NCBI GenBank assembly: GCA_038154245.1
Contig: JAYOZP010000008.1
Location: 1,831 to 65,830, forward strand
Length of the DNA: 64,000 nucleotides
Source: Nitrospinales bacterium
GTDB taxonomy: Bacteria > Nitrospinota > Nitrospinia > Nitrospinales > JAJDAT01
Direction of reading: 5' to 3'
This document shows, piece after piece, positions 9,213 to 17,343 of this stretch. The stretch's first letter is position 1. The number at the start of each line of letters is the position of its first letter. The notes under the pieces are model-generated. The model was not told where the DNA came from, ran no database searches, and saw only the letters and a list, made by a program, of their open reading frames with translations. The translations under genes and the position numbers were made by a program.

Positions 9213-11449
9213 TGTAAATTATGTAATGAGGTAGCCACTTTAGGATGCTCTTCTTTCAACAACTTCTTCCTCATTTCTAAAGCTTTTTTATAAAGAGTTT
9301 CGGCTTCTGAATATCTTTTTAAGCCCTCATATGAGCTAGCCAAATTATTTAATGAGTCGGAAATATCGACATGCTCTTCGCCATAAATATTTTTCATCAT
9401 GGTAAAAGCTTCTTTTGCCAGTGGCTTTGCATTTTTATAACGACATTGTAAGTCGTATATTCTGGCTAAATCGTTAAGACTTCGAGCAACATCTTTATGT
9501 TGCTTGCCAAAGATATTCTTCCGCATTTGAAGAGAATCTTTTAAAAGCGATTCTGATTTTTCATAATTTCCTTCCCAACTTTCTAAAGCTCCAAAATAAT
9601 TCAAAGAACGAGCTAATTCCGGATGTTCTCCTAAATAACAATTTTTATTAATATCGTGGGCCTTTTCTAGAAATTTTCTGGATTCTTCATAAACACCTAT
9701 TTGCATCAAATAATATCCAGTCTGATTACAAATTTGACCCAGTTCAGGAATCTCCAAATCATTATCAGAGGTCAAGTCGGTTAAAGCTTTTACGGAAGGA
9801 AATAATTGTCTGCAAAGATACCAGTTTTCGAACTTTTCAGCGTCTGGAAATGCCCCATTCAAAGCTTTAATCGCTTTTTCCGCCCAAGATTTAGGATCTT
9901 GTAACCCATCTCGAAAAACTTGTTGTGCCAAACGATGAATGCGCAAAGATTCTCCCCTTTGATTTTCTTTTTGATCATTCGATAATGATTCTCCACTTTG
10001 GGTTCTTTTTATTAAAGAAAATTTGCTTGCCTTCGTTATTAACCCATTCCATTTAAATTCGTTTCCAGCAACCTCTTTCAACCTTTGACTTAAATGCTCT
10101 TTTCCTTCTTTAAAAATTATTTCTGGAATAGAATCGGCATCAAAAAAAGCGCATAATCGAATTAACTCCCCCGCTTCTGGACTCTCTTTTTCAGTTTTTT
10201 CCAGAGACATTGCAAAAACTTGGGCTACCGACTGCGGATAATCTTGCGTTTCGGGTTTTTCTTTTAAAAAATCTTTTCCAAAGGCTTCAAAAAGTTCTAA
10301 AAATTTTTCAAGATTTATCCCTGTTTCCTTTATATACGCCCCAGCTTGTTCAAGGGCCAGGGGCAACCCATCAAATTTTTTATTAATCTCTTTAGCATTG
10401 TTCAATGCTTCTTCTGGAGCTTTTTCAATTTCTTCCTTTTCACCAATCACTCCTGAACGTCTCAATAACAATAAAATACCTTCATCTTCCATTTCTTCAA
10501 CGTGAAGTTCATGGGCTTGCCCAGTTGCTCTACGACGCGTGGTTATTAAAACGCTTCCTAAAAAACCAGTAGGGACAAACTCGTTAAAAAACTTCATGTC
10601 GTCGACATTATCAAGAATGAGCAACCAAACTCTTTCTCTCTTCATCCAGTTTTTAAAGGAACTAAAAATAATTTCTTGCTCCTGAGATTTTTTTCCAGGT
10701 AGATCAATAGCCTCCGCAATTTCGGCAACGCTTTTCGCCAACGAAGCTTCATTTTCCGCGTTTATCCACAAAATTGAGTTGTAGGAATCCTTGTGGCGGT
10801 AGGCATACTCAACTGCTATTTGAGTTTTACCGATCCCCCCTAAACCCGAAATGGCTTGTTTTTGCGGTTGGGTCAACGCAGCCTTTTCACCCGGCTTCAA
10901 AAAATCTTCGATTTGTTTGATAAGGTTTTCCCGACCCGTGAAATATTCATTGCGATGATAGGGAACGGTGAAGGCTTTTGGTTTTTTGGGTAATTCGGAT
11001 GGAGCAGTGGGATTGAAACTGTTTAGATGATTTACTAACTTTTGAAATTCTTCAGGTCTATAAATATTGTAGATATTGCCCTGAGAAAGAATCGGCGGCA
11101 CATGCTCTCTATCTTCATCGCTAAGAGTGATGGGAATGAATTTTTCATTTTTTCCAAACTTGTCGTAAATTTCTTGTGAAATATATGTGGCTTCTCTAGT
11201 AACTCCTTTTCCTTCTTCGATTTCTCCTGAAAATATCTTTCCATACCTTTCGTTGCATACAGTAAGGACAAAATCAGCATCTTTGATTTGCTGCTCCATC
11301 CACTTCAGCCATCCTTGTACTGGAACAATTTCGTACTGATCAATCCAGCAGTTAAAGTTTTCTAACCGAAGGCGCTCGGAAAATTCATGAACATTTTTTT
11401 TATGCTCTTCCGAGTCATGGCTATAACTGATGAAGGCTTTTGTGGGCAT
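9185..11449 (-). CDS. STAND NTPase: N-terminal TIR-like domain, NB-ARC/AAA P-loop, C-terminal TPR array (candidate defence protein)
   Basis: AFISYSHDSEEHKK...FVLTVCNERY (bacterial TIR/SEFIR-like start). Walker A GLGGIGKTQIAVEYAY, Walker B WLLILDNVDD, and VLITTRRR. KLC-like TPRs (ARSLNDLARIY, LNNLASSY). Confidence 0.8.
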   Translation of the reverse strand: MPTKAFISYSHDSEEHKKNVHEFSERLRLENFNCWIDQYEIVPVQGWLKWMEQQIKDADFVLTVCNERYGKIFSGEIEEGKGVTREATYISQEIYDKFGKNEKFIPITLSDEDREHVPPILSQGNIYNIYRPEEFQKLVNHLNSFNPTAPSELPKKPKAFTVPYHRNEYFTGRENLIKQIEDFLKPGEKAALTQPQKQAISGLGGIGKTQIAVEYAYRHKDSYNSILWINAENEASLAKSVAEIAEAIDLPGKKSQEQEIIFSSFKNWMKRERVWLLILDNVDDMKFFNEFVPTGFLGSVLITTRRRATGQAHELHVEEMEDEGILLLLRRSGVIGEKEEIEKAPEEALNNAKEINKKFDGLPLALEQAGAYIKETGINLEKFLELFEAFGKDFLKEKPETQDYPQSVAQVFAMSLEKTEKESPEAGELIRLCAFFDADSIPEIIFKEGKEHLSQRLKEVAGNEFKWNGLITKASKFSLIKRTQSGESLSNDQKENQRGESLRIHRLAQQVFRDGLQDPKSWAEKAIKALNGAFPDAEKFENWYLCRQLFPSVKALTDLTSDNDLEIPELGQICNQTGYYLMQIGVYEESRKFLEKAHDINKNCYLGEHPELARSLNYFGALESWEGNYEKSESLLKDSLQMRKNIFGKQHKDVARSLNDLARIYDLQCRYKNAKPLAKEAFTMMKNIYGEEHVDISDSLNNLASSYEGLKRYSEAETLYKKALEMRKKLLKEEHPKVATSLHNLQKPKTLFRS

Positions 11450-11599
11450 CTCTTTTGGCGTTAAAAAAAATTATTCGATATAGGAGATTGGCTTAAGATA
11501 CTTAAACACTTAGAGGAAATCAATGGTTAATCGGCTTTGGTGGGTTGCAACAGAGCTAGAAAAGGTAGTCTAGGCTTCGAGAGCCTCAGCCTGACATTT

Positions 11600-11651
11600 T
11601 TTTACCTAGATCCTTCGTCGCCTCTTCCGAGGCTTCTCCAGGATGACGTCG
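11600..11651 (+). repeat. REP-like element, copy A
   Basis: ttttacctagatccttcgtcgcc...aggatgacgtcg shares an identical 23-nt 5-prime part and the ggatgacg 3-prime part with copy B. The arms atcct/aggat are inverted. Confidence 0.7.
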
Positions 11652-11719
11652 TTTGGGAGTTTAAACTTGAAGCAAAAATTTATTTCGAAAAACCTAGAAG
11701 CTATTTTCTTCGAGTGGTA

Positions 11720-11756
11720 GTCGCATTTCGACAGGCTCAATGCGACAAATTTTTTA
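11720..11756 (+). terminator. Intrinsic-terminator-like hairpin on the plus strand with no upstream plus-strand gene
   Basis: gtcgcatt (11720-11727) pairs with aatgcgac (11739-11746) and is followed by aaatttttt. Confidence 0.4.
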
Positions 11757-11806
11757 ATTATTGCAAAAATTAAACAGCTTGTTTTTCTTCGTTTTGGATA
11801 ATTATT

Positions 11807-12013
11807 CTAGGATTCGAAGTGGGTTGTGGAATTTGGAAGATTTTTTTCTTTTAATAATTCGATATGTTCTTCCATTCCCCATTTAGCTTTATAAAGACAA
11901 TCCTCTATGGAGTGACCAACGCCGCTAAAACCTTCTAACTCTTCGGAGTAAAATCCAAAAAAATCGGGATCTTCTTTAGCTTCAATAACTAAAGAATATT
12001 TAAGGTCGATCAT
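11807..12013 (-). CDS. hicB: HicB-like (UPF0150) antitoxin-family protein, orphan
   Basis: YSLVIEAKEDPDFFGFYSEELEGFSGVGHSIEDCLYKAKWGMEEHIELL matches the HicB N-terminal fold pattern. No HicA-like ORF is adjacent. Confidence 0.55.
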   Translation of the reverse strand: MIDLKYSLVIEAKEDPDFFGFYSEELEGFSGVGHSIEDCLYKAKWGMEEHIELLKEKNLPNSTTHFES

Positions 12014-12049
12014 TTTTTAATCTTTTATACTAAGGAATAAGATAAAAAC

Positions 12050-12319
12050 CTATTTTTTGCGCCAGCCGTGGCGGTACATGCATTTTTCATAATGGCGAGT
12101 TTCTTTATCGCCAGGAGTGGTTCCTGAGTAAGTTAAATTATTAAAAGTCCCAGCGCGTTTTTTAGCGATCACGTTGCATTTTTCTTTATCTCTTTTAAAT
12201 GCACCGCTCCTTTTATTGCGGTTCGCGTTTTTTACATATTTGTATTCGTAAAAATTCGCGCAACTGGCCAGGAAAAACACGGCTATGATGCTGGCAAGAA
12301 TCCATTTCATTCCATTCAC
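12050..12319 (-). CDS. Small basic lipoprotein, unknown function
   Basis: Signal peptide with lipobox FLASC; 89 aa. Confidence 0.6.
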   Translation of the reverse strand: MNGMKWILASIIAVFFLASCANFYEYKYVKNANRNKRSGAFKRDKEKCNVIAKKRAGTFNNLTYSGTTPGDKETRHYEKCMYRHGWRKK

Positions 12320-12356
12320 TCCTTTTTAAGGAACCTTGGCGTTTAATTATAGAAAA

Positions 12357-12407
12357 TTTTACCTAGATCCTTCGTCGCCACTCTGGGGCTCCTCAAGGAT
12401 GACGGCG
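12357..12407 (+). repeat. REP-like element, copy B
   Basis: ttttacctagatccttcgtcgcc...aaggatgacggcg, in the same orientation as copy A. Confidence 0.7.
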
Positions 12408-12674
12408 AACTAATCAACTACATTCTATAGAAACTTTACTTATCGAATAAGCCAATAAATTAGTTCTTTTGCTGCTTGGAGAATATCATAAGTGATCTAT
12501 CAAAAAAAAGAGTAGGGTTACCTCATCAACTAGAAACGCCCAATATTCCTTAATCGGATACTAAATTAAAACGCCACACACCCAAGAAAAATATCCGATT
12601 TTCATAAATTCCGCAAGGTAATATTTAATAGTTCGTCCCCGCTAAATTTGTTTCTAGCTCGCCTCTCGATTGTG

Positions 12675-12680
12675 TATAAT
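12675..12680 (+). promoter_or_regulatory. Candidate extended -10 box (TGTGTATAAT)
   Basis: tgtgtataat at 12671-12680 lies inside the track ORF start, which argues the CDS begins at ATG 12700 or 12712. Confidence 0.3.
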
Positions 12681-12699
12681 AATCTTAAAGATCACTTAT

Positions 12700-13212
12700 A
12701 TGGTATTCGCTATGCTGGACAACATTGGAAGCCTGAGCAAAATATTGAATTCGGTTTCTCAACCGTCGAAATCTAAATCGACTTCGACTTCGCAAAACGC
12801 TCCGACCAAAAACGACGATAACGTTAGCTTATCTACGGACGCCGTCGACCTGGTTAAAAAACAAGCCGAGACTTTACGCAACAACTTATCGTCGATCATT
12901 GCGAATTTTATTTTGGAACCGGTTTCCGGTGGAGTCTCCGCTATCAACCCAACGCAAGCTTTGCTGAATCAGGTGACTAATCCGGGAACAACCATATTGC
13001 AAAACTCCGAATTGTCTCCCGAGCAATTAGCGGGGTTTAAAGACGAAGTAAAACGCTTGGAAGCAGAGTTGCCTAGAATCATCTCTAGCGATTTACTCGC
13101 TCCAATCGGTTCCGACTCCACGAAAAGAAACGCTCTAAACGGCATTCTGCAAGATCTATCCACACAACTGACTGGTTTATCCAGCCTCATAACTCAAAAA
13201 GAAGTCGGCTGA
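12700..13212 (+). CDS. Hypothetical Ser/Thr-rich protein
   Basis: Open frame. The track start (TTG 12670) overlaps a TATAAT box, so ATG 12700/12712 is preferred. I recognise no family. Confidence 0.5.
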   Translation: MVFAMLDNIGSLSKILNSVSQPSKSKSTSTSQNAPTKNDDNVSLSTDAVDLVKKQAETLRNNLSSIIANFILEPVSGGVSAINPTQALLNQVTNPGTTILQNSELSPEQLAGFKDEVKRLEAELPRIISSDLLAPIGSDSTKRNALNGILQDLSTQLTGLSSLITQKEVG

Positions 13213-13263
13213 CCAAAAGCTTTTTCAATTTAACTATACATTATATATAAGCGACAAAAACTC

Positions 13264-14250
13264 ATGGGAACAGGATCCAATTTAATTGCGGTTGTCGAAC
13301 TCGACTCAAACGGTTTTAAATTCTCTAGCTTTGAAACCATTCACGCGGCAAAAAAACTTTCAAACGCAGACTCCGGCCCAGTAACAGCTGTGGCGTTTAC
13401 CGACAATAATAATCTGGATTGCGCAGAACTATTTCAATATGGAGCGGAAAAAGTTTTATTGCTAGTCAATCCTAGTTTTCAAACCTATAACCGATGGGCG
13501 ATGACTAAAGCTTTGGAATCGGTTATCGAACCCAACTCGACTATTCTAATGGGAGCCACCATTCACGGGAAAGAGCTGGCCGCGAGTTTATCTGCAGCTT
13601 TAGAAGCCGGATTAGCCTCGGATTGCATTGCGTTAGAACCTAACGAAAACGGTTCTTTAACAGCGCGCCGACCTGTCTATGCAGGAAAAGCTTATTCCTC
13701 TTTAACTTTAGAAGGCGATAAACATAGAATCTGCACTCTGCGAACAAATGTTTTTCGACCTGAAAATCCCGACATATCCCTTAGCGGCGAACCTGAAATT
13801 CAAGAAGTTTCTCCCACGAGCAATTTAGTAGAGAAAATTTTAGAAGTCTCTAAAAGCGGAGCTAAAAAAGATATTACCGAAGCTCGGATTGTCATCTCTG
13901 GTGGAATGGGAATGGGAGAACCAGGTAACTTTAAGTTGATAGAAGATTTGGCCGAAGTTTTGGACGCCGCTGTTGGAGCCAGCCGTAATGTGGTTGACGA
14001 AGGTTGGAGACCTTATTCCAACCAAGTTGGACAGACAGGTAGAACCGTTTCCCCGGATTTATATATCGCTTGCGGAATTTCTGGAGCTGTCCAACATATA
14101 GCGGGTATGTCCTCGTCCAAATGCATTGTCGCAATCAATAAAGATCCTTACGCTCCTATTTTTTCCATAGCCGATTATGGAATTGTTGGCGACGCGTTAG
14201 AAATTCTACCTCTCCTCACCGAAGAATTTCGCACCCTCTTAAAGTCCTAA
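13264..14250 (+). CDS. etfA: Electron transfer flavoprotein alpha subunit
   Basis: C-terminal FAD-binding region: VISGGMGMG, VGASRNVVDEGW, QVGQTGRTVSPDLYIACGISGAVQHIAGM. Confidence 0.9.
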   Translation: MGTGSNLIAVVELDSNGFKFSSFETIHAAKKLSNADSGPVTAVAFTDNNNLDCAELFQYGAEKVLLLVNPSFQTYNRWAMTKALESVIEPNSTILMGATIHGKELAASLSAALEAGLASDCIALEPNENGSLTARRPVYAGKAYSSLTLEGDKHRICTLRTNVFRPENPDISLSGEPEIQEVSPTSNLVEKILEVSKSGAKKDITEARIVISGGMGMGEPGNFKLIEDLAEVLDAAVGASRNVVDEGWRPYSNQVGQTGRTVSPDLYIACGISGAVQHIAGMSSSKCIVAINKDPYAPIFSIADYGIVGDALEILPLLTEEFRTLLKS

Positions 14251-14298
14251 AGTTTCTTACTACAAAGCCCTTATTAAAAATCACAAACGGCCTAATTT

Positions 14299-14940
14299 GT
14301 GGAAGAAAAAATTCTAAAGACATTCCAGGAAGCAGGTCTTGCCTTTAAGACAAAAGAAACCAAGAACTTCGTAATAGAAAAAACCCTCGTCTTTTTAGAA
14401 GAGCTGAATAAATGGAGTTCTAAAATCAGCCTAATTTCTAAAGGCGACCAAGGACACATCCTAGAGCGACACTTTGTCGAATCCTTACAATATTCAAGAG
14501 GTCTGGAAAACGCTAGTCGATTGGTGGACATAGGCAGCGGCGCAGGGTTTCCTGGAATCCCTTTAAAAATATTTTTCCCAGAGTTAAATATAGTACTTGT
14601 TGAAAGCCAAAGGAAACGAGTTGGGTTTTTGGAATCTGTGCTAAGAACAATGAATTTACAGAATATTCAAGTAGCTTTTGGGCGTGCGGAAGATATAAGC
14701 CTTAAAAAAGAATTCCAAAAGTCATTCGATTCCGCAACATTTAGATCTGTAGCTTCGTTAGAAGAATGTTTATGCCTCGGAGAACCTTTTTTAAAAGAAG
14801 GGGGGAAAGTTTTAGTTAAAAAAGAGCCGGAGACTGAATTCCAAGGACATGGCCGCATGATTTTATCCGAGGAGTTCTCCTTTGAGACAACCGATAAAAG
14901 AAAATCCAAATTGATGGTCTTTAAAAAGCGTTCCACGTGA
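14299..14940 (+). CDS. rsmG: 16S rRNA (guanine527-N7)-methyltransferase
   Basis: GidB-like: LISKGDQGHILERHFVESL, VDIGSGAGFPGIPLKI. GTG start. Located upstream of parAB. Confidence 0.9.
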   Translation: MEEKILKTFQEAGLAFKTKETKNFVIEKTLVFLEELNKWSSKISLISKGDQGHILERHFVESLQYSRGLENASRLVDIGSGAGFPGIPLKIFFPELNIVLVESQRKRVGFLESVLRTMNLQNIQVAFGRAEDISLKKEFQKSFDSATFRSVASLEECLCLGEPFLKEGGKVLVKKEPETEFQGHGRMILSEEFSFETTDKRKSKLMVFKKRST

Positions 14941-14944
14941 AACA
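14929..14944. promoter_or_regulatory. parS: parS centromere site (15/16 match)
   Basis: cgttccacgtgaaaca versus consensus TGTTNCACGTGAAACA. It overlaps the rsmG stop codon. Confidence 0.85.
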
Positions 14945-14985
14945 TTCAATGAATCCCCTGTTAATTAAAATTTAGTTCTGATATT

Positions 14986-15001
14986 TGTTCCACGTGAAAC
15001 A
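14986..15001. promoter_or_regulatory. parS: parS centromere site (perfect)
   Basis: tgttccacgtgaaaca, a perfect palindromic parS about 90 nt upstream of parA. Confidence 0.9.
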
Positions 15002-15092
15002 TTTATTTTCACTTGACCATCATAAACTGTTGGCCCGGCCGCAATTTTTCTATACAATGCGGTAAAACTAATATTTTATAAGATAATAAAAA

Positions 15093-15872
15093 ATGCCGAA
15101 AAAAATAGCCGTGGCAAATCAAAAGGGTGGAGTGGGGAAAACCACAACATCTGTCAACTTGGCGGCCGGAATGGCCTGGATTCATAAGAAAAAAGTCTTA
15201 CTGATTGATCTTGATCCACAAAGTAACGCCTCCTCTGGAGTGGGGATCACTGTCAAAGATGAAAACCCATCCGTTTACGACGTTTTATTGGGCGAGGAAT
15301 CTATTGAAAACGTTATAGAGCCTACCGAGATTGAAGGTTTATCCGTTTTGCCCGCAGCGCCCGATCTAGCAGGGGCTGAAATAGAGTTGGTGACTATAGA
15401 AAACCGCGAAAAAAGATTACTCCCAGCTTTAAACGGCGCCTGTGAAAATTACGACTTCGTTATTATAGATTGTCCTCCTTCTTTAGGACTTCTGACTCTC
15501 AACGCGTTAACGGTAGCAGATTCTGTTCTCATTCCAATGCAATGCGAATATTACGCTTTGCAAGGATTGCGTCATCTCCTAAAGACTTTAAAACTTGTAA
15601 AACAATCTCTTAATACCGCATTAACGGTTGAAGGGATTTTATTGACCATGTATGATGGTAGAACGTTATTGACGGCGCAAGTAAAAGATCAAATTTTAAA
15701 GTATTTTAAAGATTATTTACTAGATACTGTTATCCCTAGAAACATCCGTTTAAGCGAGGCTCCAAGCCACGGCAAGCCGGTCTTTTTATATGCGGACAAT
15801 TGCAAAGGGGCTGATTGCTACGCCGAGCTGGCAAAAGAAATAATCGAAAAAAATCAAATAGATATCGATTAA
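15093..15872 (+). CDS. parA: Chromosome partitioning ATPase ParA/Soj
   Basis: Deviant Walker A NQKGGVGKTT; DLDPQSNAS; IIDCPPSLG. Confidence 0.93.
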   Translation: MPKKIAVANQKGGVGKTTTSVNLAAGMAWIHKKKVLLIDLDPQSNASSGVGITVKDENPSVYDVLLGEESIENVIEPTEIEGLSVLPAAPDLAGAEIELVTIENREKRLLPALNGACENYDFVIIDCPPSLGLLTLNALTVADSVLIPMQCEYYALQGLRHLLKTLKLVKQSLNTALTVEGILLTMYDGRTLLTAQVKDQILKYFKDYLLDTVIPRNIRLSEAPSHGKPVFLYADNCKGADCYAELAKEIIEKNQIDID

Positions 15873-15951
15873 GTTTTAATAGATTATCAACCGACAAGTT
15901 ATCAAGCTATTAGAAGCGCATTAAAAATAAGTAAATAAGAGATCAAAAAAT

Positions 15952-16830
15952 ATGGCAAAAAAAGGGTTGGGCGGAAAAGGATTGAGCGCATTAATCCCCG
16001 ACTTTGAGATGGGGGTTCCTGAAGTTAATTCTAACGAAAGTATGCGTGAGTTACTCCTGGATGAAATCGTTCCCAATAAAAATCAACCTAGAAAGTTATT
16101 TGACGACTCTAAGCTTCAAGAACTAATCAATTCCATCAAAGAAAAAGGCGTATTGCAGCCTATTGTGGTGCAAAAGAGCGAAGATGGATATGAAATCATC
16201 GTGGGCGAACGTCGATGGCGAGCTTCAAAAAAAGCTGGACTCAAAAAAATACCGGCAGTAATTAAGGAAACCACCGACACAGAATCTTTAGAATTAGCTA
16301 TTATCGAAAATATTCATCGACACGATTTAAATCCCATAGAAGAAGGGATGGCTTATTCGAGGTTGGCGGTAGACTTTGGAATGAAACAGGAGCAAATTGC
16401 TAAAAGGGTCGGTAAAAACCGAGCTTCAGTCGCCAACTACATGCGATTGTTAAAACTATCGCGTCCAGTGCAGGAAGATATAGTGACTGGAAAACTTTCC
16501 ATGGGTCATGCCCGGGCTTTATTAGGGCTTGAAAGAGAAAAAGAAATTGAAGCTTTGCGTCAAAAGATATTGAAAGACGGCTTAAGCGTTCGACAAACAG
16601 AAAGCCTCGTTAAACAAACTGAAAATAGAAATAGTTCGAAAACTTCAAAAGCGAGCCCTTCATCCAAATCAAAAAATGTTTTTTTGAAAACCATGGAAAA
16701 AAGTTTAGAGCAACAATTTGGAACAAAAGTTGAAATTCTTCCTGGTAAAAAGGGAGGAAAGGTCGTAATTTCTTATTATTCAAACGAAGATTTAGAGCGG
16801 CTTCAGGAATGTTTTTTTTCTAAGACCTAG
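15952..16830 (+). CDS. parB: Chromosome partitioning protein ParB/Spo0J
   Basis: NQPRK, GERRWRA and an HTH region (QEQIAKRVGKNRASVANYMRLL). Confidence 0.93.
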   Translation: MAKKGLGGKGLSALIPDFEMGVPEVNSNESMRELLLDEIVPNKNQPRKLFDDSKLQELINSIKEKGVLQPIVVQKSEDGYEIIVGERRWRASKKAGLKKIPAVIKETTDTESLELAIIENIHRHDLNPIEEGMAYSRLAVDFGMKQEQIAKRVGKNRASVANYMRLLKLSRPVQEDIVTGKLSMGHARALLGLEREKEIEALRQKILKDGLSVRQTESLVKQTENRNSSKTSKASPSSKSKNVFLKTMEKSLEQQFGTKVEILPGKKGGKVVISYYSNEDLERLQECFFSKT

Positions 16831-16896
16831 GGTTGAGTTTATTTTCGTTTAAACTTTTAGTTCAAGATTCACCTTTTTATTTAGAAAGCGGGACCC

Positions 16897-17292
16897 ATGA
16901 AAAAACAAGGAGGCGACTTAAAAGCCTATCTTGGGGAAGACGCTGCCTTTCAAGGCACTCTCAATTTCGAAGGAGTAGTTCGAATTGACGGCAAATTCGA
17001 AGGCAAGGTACTAACCAACGATACACTGATTGTCGGAGAAACTGGTCAATTAATTGCCGAAATAAATGCTGGAACGGTTATAAATAAAGGACGAATCGAA
17101 GGAACCATAGTCGCTTCAAAGAGAATTGAAATTCATTCAAAAAGTCATCTAACAGGTAATATTAAAACCCCGTCCTTTTTCGTAGAAGTTGGAGCAATTT
17201 TTGATGGAAATTGCGATATGACCGGAAAAGAAGAAAAAGGACTTCATTTGGTTCAAAATGAAGAAGATCAAGAATCTGAGACAGGAAGTTGA
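16897..17292 (+). CDS. Bactofilin
   Basis: Beta-helical bactofilin repeats (FEGVVRIDGKFEGKV, IEGTIVASKRIEIHSKSHLTGNIKTPSFFVEVGAIFDGNC) and an acidic tail. Confidence 0.9.
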   Translation: MKKQGGDLKAYLGEDAAFQGTLNFEGVVRIDGKFEGKVLTNDTLIVGETGQLIAEINAGTVINKGRIEGTIVASKRIEIHSKSHLTGNIKTPSFFVEVGAIFDGNCDMTGKEEKGLHLVQNEEDQESETGS

Positions 17293-17343
17293 TTTTTTTG
17301 GCTTTAAACTCCTATTTTTCGCGGATTTTCGTTGTAAATAAGG

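Noticed and set aside
11537-11773. 78-aa plus-strand ORF
   Set aside because: Its sequence consists of the REP-like element and a terminator hairpin. It has no RBS and no family resemblance.
12014-12049. Search for a hicA toxin partner of the HicB-like gene
   Set aside because: Only 36 nt separate hicB from the lipoprotein gene, and neither neighbouring ORF has HicA features. The gene is called an orphan.
12700-13212. FlgM (anti-sigma-28)-like protein, based on the S/T-rich N-terminus followed by DDNVSLSTDAVDLVKKQ
   Set aside because: Only a short motif resembles FlgM (D.V.LS..A..L). The protein is about twice FlgM length and the C-terminal sigma-binding region is not recognisable. It is kept as hypothetical.
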